A stretch of 64,000 nt of DNA from a virus. Under the pieces are notes generated by a model. It worked only from the letters and a program-made list of their open reading frames with translations. It did no database searches and had not been told where the DNA came from. Below, piece by piece: positions 47,439-56,066 of the stretch (positions within the stretch are counted from its first letter, which is position 1; every line of letters begins with the position of its first letter). Position numbers and translations under genes: made by a program. The DNA lies in IMG/VR virus record IMGVR_UViG_3300047160_002226, positions 1 through 64,000 of that record; one strand, written 5' to 3'.

Positions 47439-48211
47439 TGCCTTTTAACTTCATAACAGATCCCAGCATCGGAGGGACTTGTCGGCTAACGCTTACAGAA
47501 GCGATTATGGTTGGCCTCATCCCAGGAACAGGGTCGGGTGTTCCTGTTGGTTATACTGCCACGTCAGCTACGGGTCCAACTCCTATCCGTGCGACCGTTT
47601 ACACAGCGCCAGGTGCAGCAGCACAGCGCAGCATCAAGAGTGCTAGTGCTAACGACGCAGCAGCGGGAACGGGCGCCCAGACTGTCAGAATCACCTACTA
47701 CGATGCTTCGATGAACGGCCCATTCACAGAGGTCGTCACACTCAACGGACTAACAGGCGTAAACACCGTTGGTACAAACATAGCCAATATCGAGAGGATG
47801 GATGTCGTCAAAGTAGGGTCAGGTGGGGCAAATGCTGGCGTTATCTCATTGATGACCCAAACTGGTGGTAACGGAACGGCAATCGGATCAATCAACACAA
47901 ATGATAACAGAACATTCTGGGCTCATCATCACGTTCCTCCTGGCTTTACGACGTTTATCACAAATATTACATCGTCTTGTTCTGCAGGAGGCGCAGGTGC
48001 CGTTACTCTGAACGTCCTCAACCCAATAGATTCGACAGTACCTTCGGTTATTCCTACTGGCATCCTTCGTCATGGTACTACAGCAGCCGCGCTGACCTTC
48101 TCAGTACCTGTCGGTATACCTGGACCAGCTCTTGTATTCTTGATCGAGCGACCTGACTCAGCAACAGCTCAGACGAATTTCGCTTCGTTCGGTTACATAG
48201 ACCTATCCTAG
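47438..48211 (+). CDS. virion structural protein
   Basis: SASANDAAAGTGAQTV.I.Y.D.......EVVTLNG.T.V motif; TGATG overlap. Confidence 0.7.
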   Translation: MPFNFITDPSIGGTCRLTLTEAIMVGLIPGTGSGVPVGYTATSATGPTPIRATVYTAPGAAAQRSIKSASANDAAAGTGAQTVRITYYDASMNGPFTEVVTLNGLTGVNTVGTNIANIERMDVVKVGSGGANAGVISLMTQTGGNGTAIGSINTNDNRTFWAHHHVPPGFTTFITNITSSCSAGGAGAVTLNVLNPIDSTVPSVIPTGILRHGTTAAALTFSVPVGIPGPALVFLIERPDSATAQTNFASFGYIDLS

Positions 48212-48239
48212 AAATCACCAATCGGGCGTCATAGGGTGG

Positions 48240-48276
48240 AGCGGAGCAGGCAAAGTCCTGCTCCGCTTTGCTGTAC
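48240..48276 (+). promoter_or_regulatory. hairpin followed by TGTAC
   Basis: 11-bp stem AGCGGAGCAGG/CCTGCTCCGCT; TGTAC at 48272-48276. Confidence 0.55.
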
Positions 48277-48318
48277 GCACATCGTAGCCTGTCTACAGTG
48301 ACAGATACGGAGTTCGAT

Positions 48319-48732
48319 ATGCCAGTTCCAGCCATAAAAGCTGCAGCGAAGCATAGCAGTATCACCACTGCCCGCGCCGAACATCTCTGGCAGCGTGCAA
48401 AAGAGCACGCCAAGGCCCAAGGGATGGAAGGTCGCTGGGGATACGTCATGAATATTTTTAAGAGCAGCATGGGCAAGAAGCGCATGAGGCCCCTCCACAA
48501 GAAGCGTGAATGGACCAAGCCTGAGCAGTGGGACACCCTCAAGGGAGGCGGTTCAGTAAAGGGTGACACGTCAAAGAAAGAGTCTCTCGTGGATGAGGCA
48601 GTTACGGCAGCTCTTCTAGGAGTGCCCATTGCTGACCTTATCGGAGTGCTCCTAGACGATGGCCCAGAAGCTCTTCCTGCCGACGAAGGACTTTCGACAG
48701 GTGGTTCTCTATCGGGAACCAATGGAGAGTGA
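48319..48732 (+). CDS. basic small domain plus C-terminal helical tag
   Basis: GGAG site; MPVP...AEHLW..AK...WGYVM..FK, then KKESLVDEAVTAALLGVPIADLIGVLL. Confidence 0.65.
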   Translation: MPVPAIKAAAKHSSITTARAEHLWQRAKEHAKAQGMEGRWGYVMNIFKSSMGKKRMRPLHKKREWTKPEQWDTLKGGGSVKGDTSKKESLVDEAVTAALLGVPIADLIGVLLDDGPEALPADEGLSTGGSLSGTNGE

Positions 48733-49000
48733 TGTCTGGGTCATCTTCCCAGAGCATGAGAACGCCTCATATCGTGCTGACCTTGAAGTTGTAAGACGTT
48801 GGATGCTGTTGATGTGGAAGGGCGAATGGCACTTTGTTGATCTCGCCCTTGACCAACTCTGGAATCTCTACCACGTCGGATTGAGGATCGGTTCAACCAG
48901 AACCGATGTACGTCCGCTGAGTGCTGCTAAGAAGTACTTCGCGGCCCACGAGGGTCTAGAGACAGTCATCGATGCAACGCACAGAAGGCCGTTGTTTTGA
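48722..49000 (+). CDS. hypothetical protein
   Basis: Overlaps both neighbours by a few bases. Confidence 0.55.
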   Translation: MESDVWVIFPEHENASYRADLEVVRRWMLLMWKGEWHFVDLALDQLWNLYHVGLRIGSTRTDVRPLSAAKKYFAAHEGLETVIDATHRRPLF

Positions 49001-49416
49001 GCCATAGAAATACAAGAGTCTGCTGCAAGTGTGGTCGGAGGCGGCACGCCTCATTCTTTAGACTTTTTATCAAGTGCATTGATTGCGAAGAGGGACGAGT
49101 CGAACCAGAAAACTTGCAAGTTGATGAGGCTTTCTTTGAACGGCGAACGTTCAACAACTATTTGAAGTGCGTGTATGGCACTAATGTTGAGACTTACGAA
49201 CGATTGCTAGAAGAACAGAACGGTCTTTGCGCTATCTGTAGAAAGCCTGAGCTTGCAAAGAGTCGATTGGCTGTGGACCACGACCATGATACTGGTGAGG
49301 TGCGTGGCCTTCTTTGCGGTAGATGCAATACAGCTATCGGTCTTCTTCGAGAGGACCCAGAAATCATAGATCGCGCCAAATCCTACATTATGGAGCACAA
49401 AGCATGGGCGAGATGA
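48997..49416 (+). mobile_element. endonuclease VII-type homing endonuclease
   Basis: QNGLCAIC...LAVDHDH.TG.VRGLLC..CN..IG. Confidence 0.9.
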
Positions 49417-51206
49417 AGCTGCTTATGGAAGGTGCTGGTGGGGCACAGTACTTTTCGCTCCAAGATCTACGAAAGTCGCCTGACGGTGGGCGCACCCTTC
49501 TCCAGCTCACAGAGTCGGAGTTGTCAGCGTTTCTAAATGAGCGCCTGAGCCCGATGGCACCCCCCGTATCGAGTACCAGTACAAACAAAGTGCTGGATGA
49601 AAAAGCGCGTTTTTTGCTCGAAGCACGAGATAGCGACGGCTATCTCTACGTTGAAGGCCCATTCCAAGAAGCTGACAAGAAGAACGGGAATGGACGAATA
49701 TATGAGCGCGGGTTGTGGGAAGCAATTAGCACGAACCGCAAGCTCTTTGAACGTTGTCTCAACGGTGGCGCGATGGGCCACATGGAGCACCCGAAGGACG
49801 GGCGCACCGATCTCTCGCTGGTTTCTCACTTGATCGTTCCTATCAAGGAGAACGCAATCTTCGATATTGATGCAGGTGGCAGAGTTCTCGGGCGTGCCAA
49901 GATCCTCAATACAACTGCGGGAAAGAATCTGCAGGAACTTTTCCGTGGTGGTGCTCGGGTCGGAATCTCATCGCGCGGCAAGGGCTCGACATTCCGTCGA
50001 GGTGGCCTGGAGTACGTCGCACGCGACTACCAGTGGGACACCTTTGACACGGTTTCGACCCCTAGCGTCGAGATAGCAGTTCCTACTCCAGTTGCAAGCG
50101 CTGCTCCCGCTGCCCAGCCGTCTATATCAGCGGAACCTGTCCTTGCAGGAGTTGCCGATTCAGCAGCCCGTAACGGTTACGGCGAGTCGCTGGAGGGGAA
50201 CAAGAAGAACACCAAAGCTACGGAGGCTACAAGAAACATGAGTGGGCTCGATACGCTCAAGAAGCAGGAAGCCCGCGTTCGCGAGATTGCAGAGAGCCTT
50301 GACGGTTCCGACGCAATCAAGCTAGCGGGTGTCCGTGATGAGCTTCTAGAGATGCAAATGGAAGCTCGTCGTCAGGTGGAGCAGGACCCTACCCTCCGCG
50401 ACTACGCAGATGATCTTGCTGGCGCAGCGAAGGAAGTCCGCACAAAGGCAACGGCTCAGCTAGAGAGCCTTACCGACAAGTCACTCACAGAGTCCGTCAA
50501 GAAGGCTGTTGCAGGCAATCTTGATGAGGCCGCAGGCGAGGACGTGAAGTCACTGCTTGCCAAGACTCACGAGCGCATGGAGCACTATCGCTCGCAGTGC
50601 CAGGAACTCGCTGAGAGCGAGAACACTGTCACACGCAGAGAGTACGAGGCATCCGTCGCCATCGCTGATGGTCTTCTCAAGGAATGCAAGAAGTTCCAGG
50701 CTGAGAACGCCGATCTCAAGGAATCCCTCATCGTCAAGGAGAAGGAACTTGAGGAACTTGGCGAGGCTATTACCGCCGAAGGTGGCGTTGTAGATCCTGC
50801 TGAGTTCGGAGTCCTCAAGGAGCGCTACGAGAAGTCGCTACTCATCATCGAAGAGCTTGCTCAGCGTATCCGCAGTGCTCAGGTCCACGACCGTGTCGAG
50901 GAGTGCATCCGTCAAGAGCCGACGCTTGGTCGGGTCCGCGATGTTCTTCTTGAGTCGAAGACCGTCGAAGAGGTCAATACGAAGGTCGGGCAGATGCTCA
51001 AGTTGCTTGAGGGACAGATGGTCTATGTGCCTGTCAAGCCCGCTGTCCCAGCTCCGAAGGCGCAGAGCAATGTTGCAGCTACCGCAGCATCGCTCCTAGA
51101 GTCGCGCGCACAGCCTCCGAAGCCCCGTCCAACGTCGCCTGTGCTTGCTCACAGGATCGGTCTCATCGAGTCCATCGTCAAGAAGAACGGTGCATTCCGC
51201 AAGTGA
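49413..51206 (+). CDS. gp21: prohead protease (T4 gp21-like) fused to a coiled-coil scaffold-like region
   Basis: EGPFQEAD.KNGNGRIY, GHMEHP, VSHLI, GRAKILNT..G, GISSRG.GS and D.VS.PS. MKLLME start overlaps the EndoVII stop (ATGA). About 330 aa of acidic coil follow. Confidence 0.9.
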   Translation: MKLLMEGAGGAQYFSLQDLRKSPDGGRTLLQLTESELSAFLNERLSPMAPPVSSTSTNKVLDEKARFLLEARDSDGYLYVEGPFQEADKKNGNGRIYERGLWEAISTNRKLFERCLNGGAMGHMEHPKDGRTDLSLVSHLIVPIKENAIFDIDAGGRVLGRAKILNTTAGKNLQELFRGGARVGISSRGKGSTFRRGGLEYVARDYQWDTFDTVSTPSVEIAVPTPVASAAPAAQPSISAEPVLAGVADSAARNGYGESLEGNKKNTKATEATRNMSGLDTLKKQEARVREIAESLDGSDAIKLAGVRDELLEMQMEARRQVEQDPTLRDYADDLAGAAKEVRTKATAQLESLTDKSLTESVKKAVAGNLDEAAGEDVKSLLAKTHERMEHYRSQCQELAESENTVTRREYEASVAIADGLLKECKKFQAENADLKESLIVKEKELEELGEAITAEGGVVDPAEFGVLKERYEKSLLIIEELAQRIRSAQVHDRVEECIRQEPTLGRVRDVLLESKTVEEVNTKVGQMLKLLEGQMVYVPVKPAVPAPKAQSNVAATAASLLESRAQPPKPRPTSPVLAHRIGLIESIVKKNGAFRK

Positions 51207-51249
51207 GCGGAGTGAGTAAGCACCAGGTAAACAAGAAGGAGAAATTACA

Positions 51250-52650
51250 GTGATTAGCGCACCCGATGTGCCCGCGCTCATGGATACTCGCGAGCGTTCG
51301 AGCCTTCTAGAGCAGAACATCTCCTGGGGTCGGCAGCTTGCCGAATCCAAGTGGGGTGCTGAATGCCAGGGTCTCCAGGGGTTTGACGCGGCTTGCTGCG
51401 CCATCCTTCTTGAGAACATGGAGAAGTACTTCCACAGCCTTACGGAGACAACCAAGGCCATCTCGATTGGCGACTTCGAGAAGTTTGCGTTCCCGATTGT
51501 TCGGGCAGTGTTCCCGAACCTCATTGCGAACGAGATCGTCTCGGTTCAGCCAATGTCTGGCCCAATCTCGCTTGTCTTCTACCTCGATTTCACATACGGG
51601 AACTCGAAGGGCTCGATCAACAAGGGCGACCTTGCGTTCAGCAGCCTAACGGGTCCTGCGTCGAATGCATCTTACACCAGTGAGACCATCGATGTCGAGG
51701 CAGTAGCAACGACAGACGGCGTCAACACGCACTTCGAGACCAACCTTGCTTGGCTCCCGATTCGTGCTGGCACGGTTGTCATGACAGACGGCACGCTCAC
51801 CCTCACGGACAACGGCGCAGGCGTTCTTGTGTCGTCTCCTGCAGGTGCGTCGGGCACTGTTGACTACAACAGTGGCCGCGTGACGATTGACTACGTCGCT
51901 CTTCCTGCGGCTGGTCTGCCGATCACGGTGACGTACGAGTTCGATATGGAGGCCAACCAGAACCTCCCGCAGATCGACCTCCGCTTGACCTCAACGCCCG
52001 TTACAGCGCGTCCGCGTAAGCTGCGCGCTCGGTGGTCGCTTGAGGCTTCCCAGAACCTCCAGGCTCTCCACGGCCTAGACGCTGAGGCTGAGCTTGTGGC
52101 GGTCATCGCTGAGGAGATCAAGCGTGAGATCGACCGTACGATTCTCAACGACCTCTTCAACGGTGCAATCGGCGGCTCTGGCGCCTTCGACCGCAAGGTG
52201 CCTGATGGCATCTCGTTCACGGAGCACAAGCTCTCGTTCATCGACACCATCGTTGAGATGTCGAACGAGATCTTCCGTGTAACGCAGCGTGCGCACGCCA
52301 ACTGGCTTGTCACTGGAATGCAGGGCGCGTCGATCATCGAAACGCTTCCCACATTCAAGGCTGAGCCTGTTCCTGCTGGCGTCACGGGTCCTGTCCGTAT
52401 CGGCGTCCTCAACGGTCGCTGGGCGGTCTACAAGGATCCGCAGATGGCCGTCGAGCGGTTCCTCGTCGGTTACAAGGGCGGAACGTTCCTTGACGCGGGC
52501 TACGTCTATGCCCCGTTCATCCCGCTCTACGCAACGCCTACGGTCCTGCTTGACGACTTCCTCGGTCGTAAGGGCCTGGCAACGCGCTTCGGCAAGAAGT
52601 TCATCAACGGTCGTTACTACTCAAAGGGCACGATCATCACGAGCGCGTAA
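51250..52650 (+). CDS. gp23: major capsid protein (T4 gp23-like)
   Basis: ILLEN, FPIVRAVFPNLIA.EIVSVQPMSGP, RKLRARWS.E..Q.L.A.HG.DAE.EL, EIDR.I and AGYVYAPFIPL. Confidence 0.97.
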   Translation: MISAPDVPALMDTRERSSLLEQNISWGRQLAESKWGAECQGLQGFDAACCAILLENMEKYFHSLTETTKAISIGDFEKFAFPIVRAVFPNLIANEIVSVQPMSGPISLVFYLDFTYGNSKGSINKGDLAFSSLTGPASNASYTSETIDVEAVATTDGVNTHFETNLAWLPIRAGTVVMTDGTLTLTDNGAGVLVSSPAGASGTVDYNSGRVTIDYVALPAAGLPITVTYEFDMEANQNLPQIDLRLTSTPVTARPRKLRARWSLEASQNLQALHGLDAEAELVAVIAEEIKREIDRTILNDLFNGAIGGSGAFDRKVPDGISFTEHKLSFIDTIVEMSNEIFRVTQRAHANWLVTGMQGASIIETLPTFKAEPVPAGVTGPVRIGVLNGRWAVYKDPQMAVERFLVGYKGGTFLDAGYVYAPFIPLYATPTVLLDDFLGRKGLATRFGKKFINGRYYSKGTIITSA

Positions 52651-52695
52651 AGCAGCGTGAAGAAGTCTCAGCAGTAGTAGTGGGTCTAGGTGGGA

Positions 52696-52738
52696 ACACC
52701 CAAGGGATCGTCAAGGTCCCTTGGGTGTCTCTCTGTAC
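52696..52738 (+). terminator. 12-bp hairpin after the capsid gene, followed by TGTAC
   Basis: ACACCCAAGGGA pairs with TCCCTTGGGTGT; TGTAC at 52734-52738 abuts ATG 52739. Confidence 0.6.
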
Positions 52739-53290
52739 ATGGGAAATCGGCTAGAGCGCTACTTCTCGAATCTCCCTGAGCGCGGCATGAAGCTGAATAA
52801 GCTTCTTATCGCTGGGAAGACGTTGTTGGATGACGAGATCTGGCTCTTGGTCAAGGACTTTGAGTGCGAGCTAAGCGAAGTCTTCGTCAACCAAGAGACT
52901 ATCCTTGAGAGAATAGGCTATAGGACGTTCTATTACTCTCAAAGTGATACATGGCTCAATGCAGATGACAGAACTGCTCTCATGGAGTTCATCGCTGACA
53001 AGGAGAAGGATTGGATCGGTTGTGCTGTAACTGGCTCATGTGACAAGTTCGATAGACTTTTTACAGAGTCCGTTCTTGGTAGAGCCCACAACGGCTACTT
53101 CGTGCGTCACGTCATCGTTACTCTTGCACGAGCTGTTGTACATCCAGAGAGCTTCGACTATCTCAGAGCCCAACCATCTCTTGTAAAGCACGTCAAGCGA
53201 GTCGAATACTACCGTCTTCCTTGTGAGGAGATAGCGCATAGGTGGCTCCAGGGCCAGACCCTCGATCCAAGGCGCCTCTGCTGGAGATAG
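52739..53290 (+). CDS. hypothetical protein
   Basis: Long + strand ORF; start uncertain (52739 or 52788). Confidence 0.6.
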   Translation: MGNRLERYFSNLPERGMKLNKLLIAGKTLLDDEIWLLVKDFECELSEVFVNQETILERIGYRTFYYSQSDTWLNADDRTALMEFIADKEKDWIGCAVTGSCDKFDRLFTESVLGRAHNGYFVRHVIVTLARAVVHPESFDYLRAQPSLVKHVKRVEYYRLPCEEIAHRWLQGQTLDPRRLCWR

Positions 53291-53293
53291 CCC

Positions 53294-54733
53294 ATGTCAA
53301 ACGTGATCCACCAGATGATCCAGGGCGTGCTCTCAGAGATGGCAGCTCGCAATAAGGATAAGGACATTGCCCTCGTTGCCAAGTGGTTCCTCCACAAGCA
53401 CCAGAAGGGCGAAGATGCTATGTCACAAGCGGCTTTCGCTAAGAAAGCTGGCATAGATCAAGCTTCATTCAATCGTCTAGCGAAGATTCATCGTGACGAT
53501 GCGCTTGCTTCGCTCCAAGGTAAGGGTCACGATGCACAAAAGGTTAAGGCGTCGATTACTCCAAAGTACCGCACAGGGCGCCCAAGCAGCAAATCAGATG
53601 AAGAATGGCACGATATCGTCGCAGACTTTAACCAGATGCGCGAGAAGGATCCTGACTGGTCCTACTACGCGCACGCGAAAAGGCACAGTATCAGCTCTAT
53701 CGACACGCTCAAAGCAAAGGTTGGCGAGCTGCTAGGTAAGATCAAAAAAGCTGGCGAAACGAAGCGCGCCAGGGTAGCAGGGCTCGCTAAGGCTCGCGAC
53801 GTTCTAGCAACGAAGCGCGCCGCCAAGAAGAAGAAGCCAGATCCAGAGGTCTCCCTACCTCCTCCTAAGCATGAGATTCCTGAGCCTATTGTCATGGCGC
53901 CGCCACCAATTAGAGCGCCTATGTCACCTCATCCTTCGTTGCCACCTACACCGCATGTTGCGATGCCGCCAGAAACGCACATTGGAGCTGAATACGGTCT
54001 ACTTGGCTTCGCTCCAACGGTAGGCACAAGTCTCAGGGGGCAGATCCATCCACCAATCCACATGCAGCCACCAGCTCCCGTTCCAACGGTAGGAATGGCT
54101 CATCATCCTCCGCTTGAGGTCACGCATAAGGTTGATCCTCTTGCAACACTTGATCTTTGGACGCGCCCATATAGCCACACTACGATAGAGGAGCCACGCG
54201 CACCAGAAGATGTCATAAGAGCCCATCTCCAGCAACCAGGACCAGAGCTTCCCCACCACGAGCCTTTGCGCAAGCAGCTTGCTAAGGTAACAGGTGAGAA
54301 AGCTCCTCTCCGTGGCTGGAAGTTTCCTGAGAGAAAGCCTCGTGTCCTTCTCATCGGTGGCACATCCAGTGTGCCTGAGTGGGCAAAGGATCGTTTTGAA
54401 CTCCTTGTCATCGATGGTACAGCTTCGGGCCGTATGGAATCTTCGGCTTACAACAAGATCTTGAAGTTCCATCCAGACCTCATTCTTAGTAACAAGCAGA
54501 TACGTCCGACGCTAAGAGAGCCAGTCAAGACCGCCGCCGATTACATCGACAAGCCTTACGTTCACTCGTTCCAAGGAAGCTGGTCACAGGCGTTTCACAC
54601 GGCGGCTGATCGTTACCGCCTTGAGTGGGTCACTGCAGCATCAGAAGAGAACGAAAGTCTGAAAGACGCGATTTACGATGTCATCAAGAATGGCTCGATA
54701 CACGGAGCTATCTCTGATATACTTCGATCATAG
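53294..54733 (+). CDS. HTH + Pro-rich linker + DUF2325-like domain + C-terminal tag
   Basis: MSQAAFAKKAGIDQASFNRL (HTH); RVLLIGG...PDLIL...KPYVH (DUF2325-like); ESLKDAIYDVIKNGSIHGAISDIL. Confidence 0.6.
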   Translation: MSNVIHQMIQGVLSEMAARNKDKDIALVAKWFLHKHQKGEDAMSQAAFAKKAGIDQASFNRLAKIHRDDALASLQGKGHDAQKVKASITPKYRTGRPSSKSDEEWHDIVADFNQMREKDPDWSYYAHAKRHSISSIDTLKAKVGELLGKIKKAGETKRARVAGLAKARDVLATKRAAKKKKPDPEVSLPPPKHEIPEPIVMAPPPIRAPMSPHPSLPPTPHVAMPPETHIGAEYGLLGFAPTVGTSLRGQIHPPIHMQPPAPVPTVGMAHHPPLEVTHKVDPLATLDLWTRPYSHTTIEEPRAPEDVIRAHLQQPGPELPHHEPLRKQLAKVTGEKAPLRGWKFPERKPRVLLIGGTSSVPEWAKDRFELLVIDGTASGRMESSAYNKILKFHPDLILSNKQIRPTLREPVKTAADYIDKPYVHSFQGSWSQAFHTAADRYRLEWVTAASEENESLKDAIYDVIKNGSIHGAISDILRS

Positions 54734-54738
54734 AACCA

Positions 54739-54826
54739 AGTTCGGAGCAACGTCTTCTTCTATGGCTGGTGAAGAGGGGAGTTCGCTCCGAACTGTAGAT
54801 AACACCTACACCCCTCTTCCCCAGCC
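54739..54826 (+). promoter_or_regulatory. structured leader with two mutually exclusive helices
   Basis: 54739-54748 pairs with 54785-54794 (10/10); 54764-54779 pairs with 54811-54826 (15/16). Confidence 0.5.
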
Positions 54827-54848
54827 CTACGGAATGGAGTTTTGATTT

Positions 54849-55322
54849 GTGATGACTGAAAAGACTGATACGGCGGCTGAACCTGAGTTCATCAATGCCA
54901 CCAACACGAGGCTCATGCTTTCCACTGAGGGGAGAGCGACGTTCTGGCTGGATCCTGGCAAGACGGTGAAGGGTAAGCGCTACCGCGCTTTCATTCCGAT
55001 AGGGCTCAAGGAGGTCAAGAGCGAGCCTTTTCCAGCAGCTCCAAAGCCGCCTCAAGCTGCGGCTAAGCCATCTCTGGAAGCTCTTTTGGCGAAGACAGCG
55101 GCAAAGGTGGAAGCCGTAAAGCCAGTGCAAAAGACTTCGCAGCAGAAGCGTGATGGAGAGCCAACGATCTCGAAGGCTTTGCCATCTGACGATGAGATTT
55201 CAACTCCAATCGTCTCTGACCCAACTAACTTCCCGTTTGCGTGTGATGCAGAAGGTTGCACCGAACGGTTTGGCTCTGCGAGTGGCCTCAAGAACCACAA
55301 GAGGCGACACGCGAGCAGCTAA
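54849..55322 (+). CDS. protein with a C-terminal classical C2H2 zinc finger
   Basis: F-x-C-x4-C-x3-F-x5-L-x2-H-x3-H at 55236-55310. Confidence 0.75.
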   Translation: MMTEKTDTAAEPEFINATNTRLMLSTEGRATFWLDPGKTVKGKRYRAFIPIGLKEVKSEPFPAAPKPPQAAAKPSLEALLAKTAAKVEAVKPVQKTSQQKRDGEPTISKALPSDDEISTPIVSDPTNFPFACDAEGCTERFGSASGLKNHKRRHASS

Positions 55323-55334
55323 GGAAGCGTAGCG

Positions 55335-56063
55335 TTGTCACTCCAGTACGAGGATGTAAGGAACTATGTGCGCCTCCGTCTCGGTTCTGGCTTCGTCCGA
55401 ATCGAGCTGGAGGATAAGCACATTGACCTCGCTACCGACGAGGCGGTGAAGGTCTATGGGCGCTTCATCCCGCTCCTGCGCTTCAAGAAGATCCAACTTG
55501 TAGATGCCGATGAACCTTCGACTGATAACCCGACTGGTCGGGCCTATCCACTCGATTCAGATATCACTGGCATCTACAAGATGGACTTCGTCTTCCGCCA
55601 GACCTCTCTGGCGGTAGTCGAAGACATCTTCCATCGCCGTTACTATGAGCCTATCCATGATATGGACTCGTATGCACGGTATCTTCACTACATAGATATG
55701 CTCAAGCGGGTTCTTTCAATTGAACCTGATTGGAGCTTCGACCGTACTGATCCGCATAACCCAAAGGTATGGATCTGGGCACCTCGCCAGGCTCAGACTA
55801 TCCTCGCTTGTGCTGTTTGTTACGTGAAACGTGGATTGCACCAGATACAACCACTGCATGAGGACTGGATCGAGCGATACTCTCTGATGCAGTGCAAGGA
55901 AACACTGGCTCGTCCTCGTAGTAAGTGGCAGAACATCCCAGCTCCATCAGGTGGTCAACAGCTCGACGGCCAGATGCTCCTCTCAGAGTCGAAAGAGGAG
56001 AAGGCCGAACTCATGGCAGAGATCAAGTCGTGGCAAACGACTCTCCCGCCGATCTGGGGGTAA
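55335..56063 (+). CDS. gp13: neck/head adaptor protein (T4 gp13-like)
   Basis: Y...RLG...V.IEL...HI...  and WI.RY.L...KE.L...RSK...IP.P.G...LDG..L..E...E. Confidence 0.85.
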   Translation: MSLQYEDVRNYVRLRLGSGFVRIELEDKHIDLATDEAVKVYGRFIPLLRFKKIQLVDADEPSTDNPTGRAYPLDSDITGIYKMDFVFRQTSLAVVEDIFHRRYYEPIHDMDSYARYLHYIDMLKRVLSIEPDWSFDRTDPHNPKVWIWAPRQAQTILACAVCYVKRGLHQIQPLHEDWIERYSLMQCKETLARPRSKWQNIPAPSGGQQLDGQMLLSESKEEKAELMAEIKSWQTTLPPIWG

Positions 56064-56066
56064 GCC

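Noticed and set aside
19059-55322. Eukaryotic or giant-virus origin suggested by collagen, C2H2 and protamine-like proteins
   Set aside because: Shine-Dalgarno sites, overlapping genes and a T4-like capsid, sheath and tube indicate a tailed prokaryotic virus.
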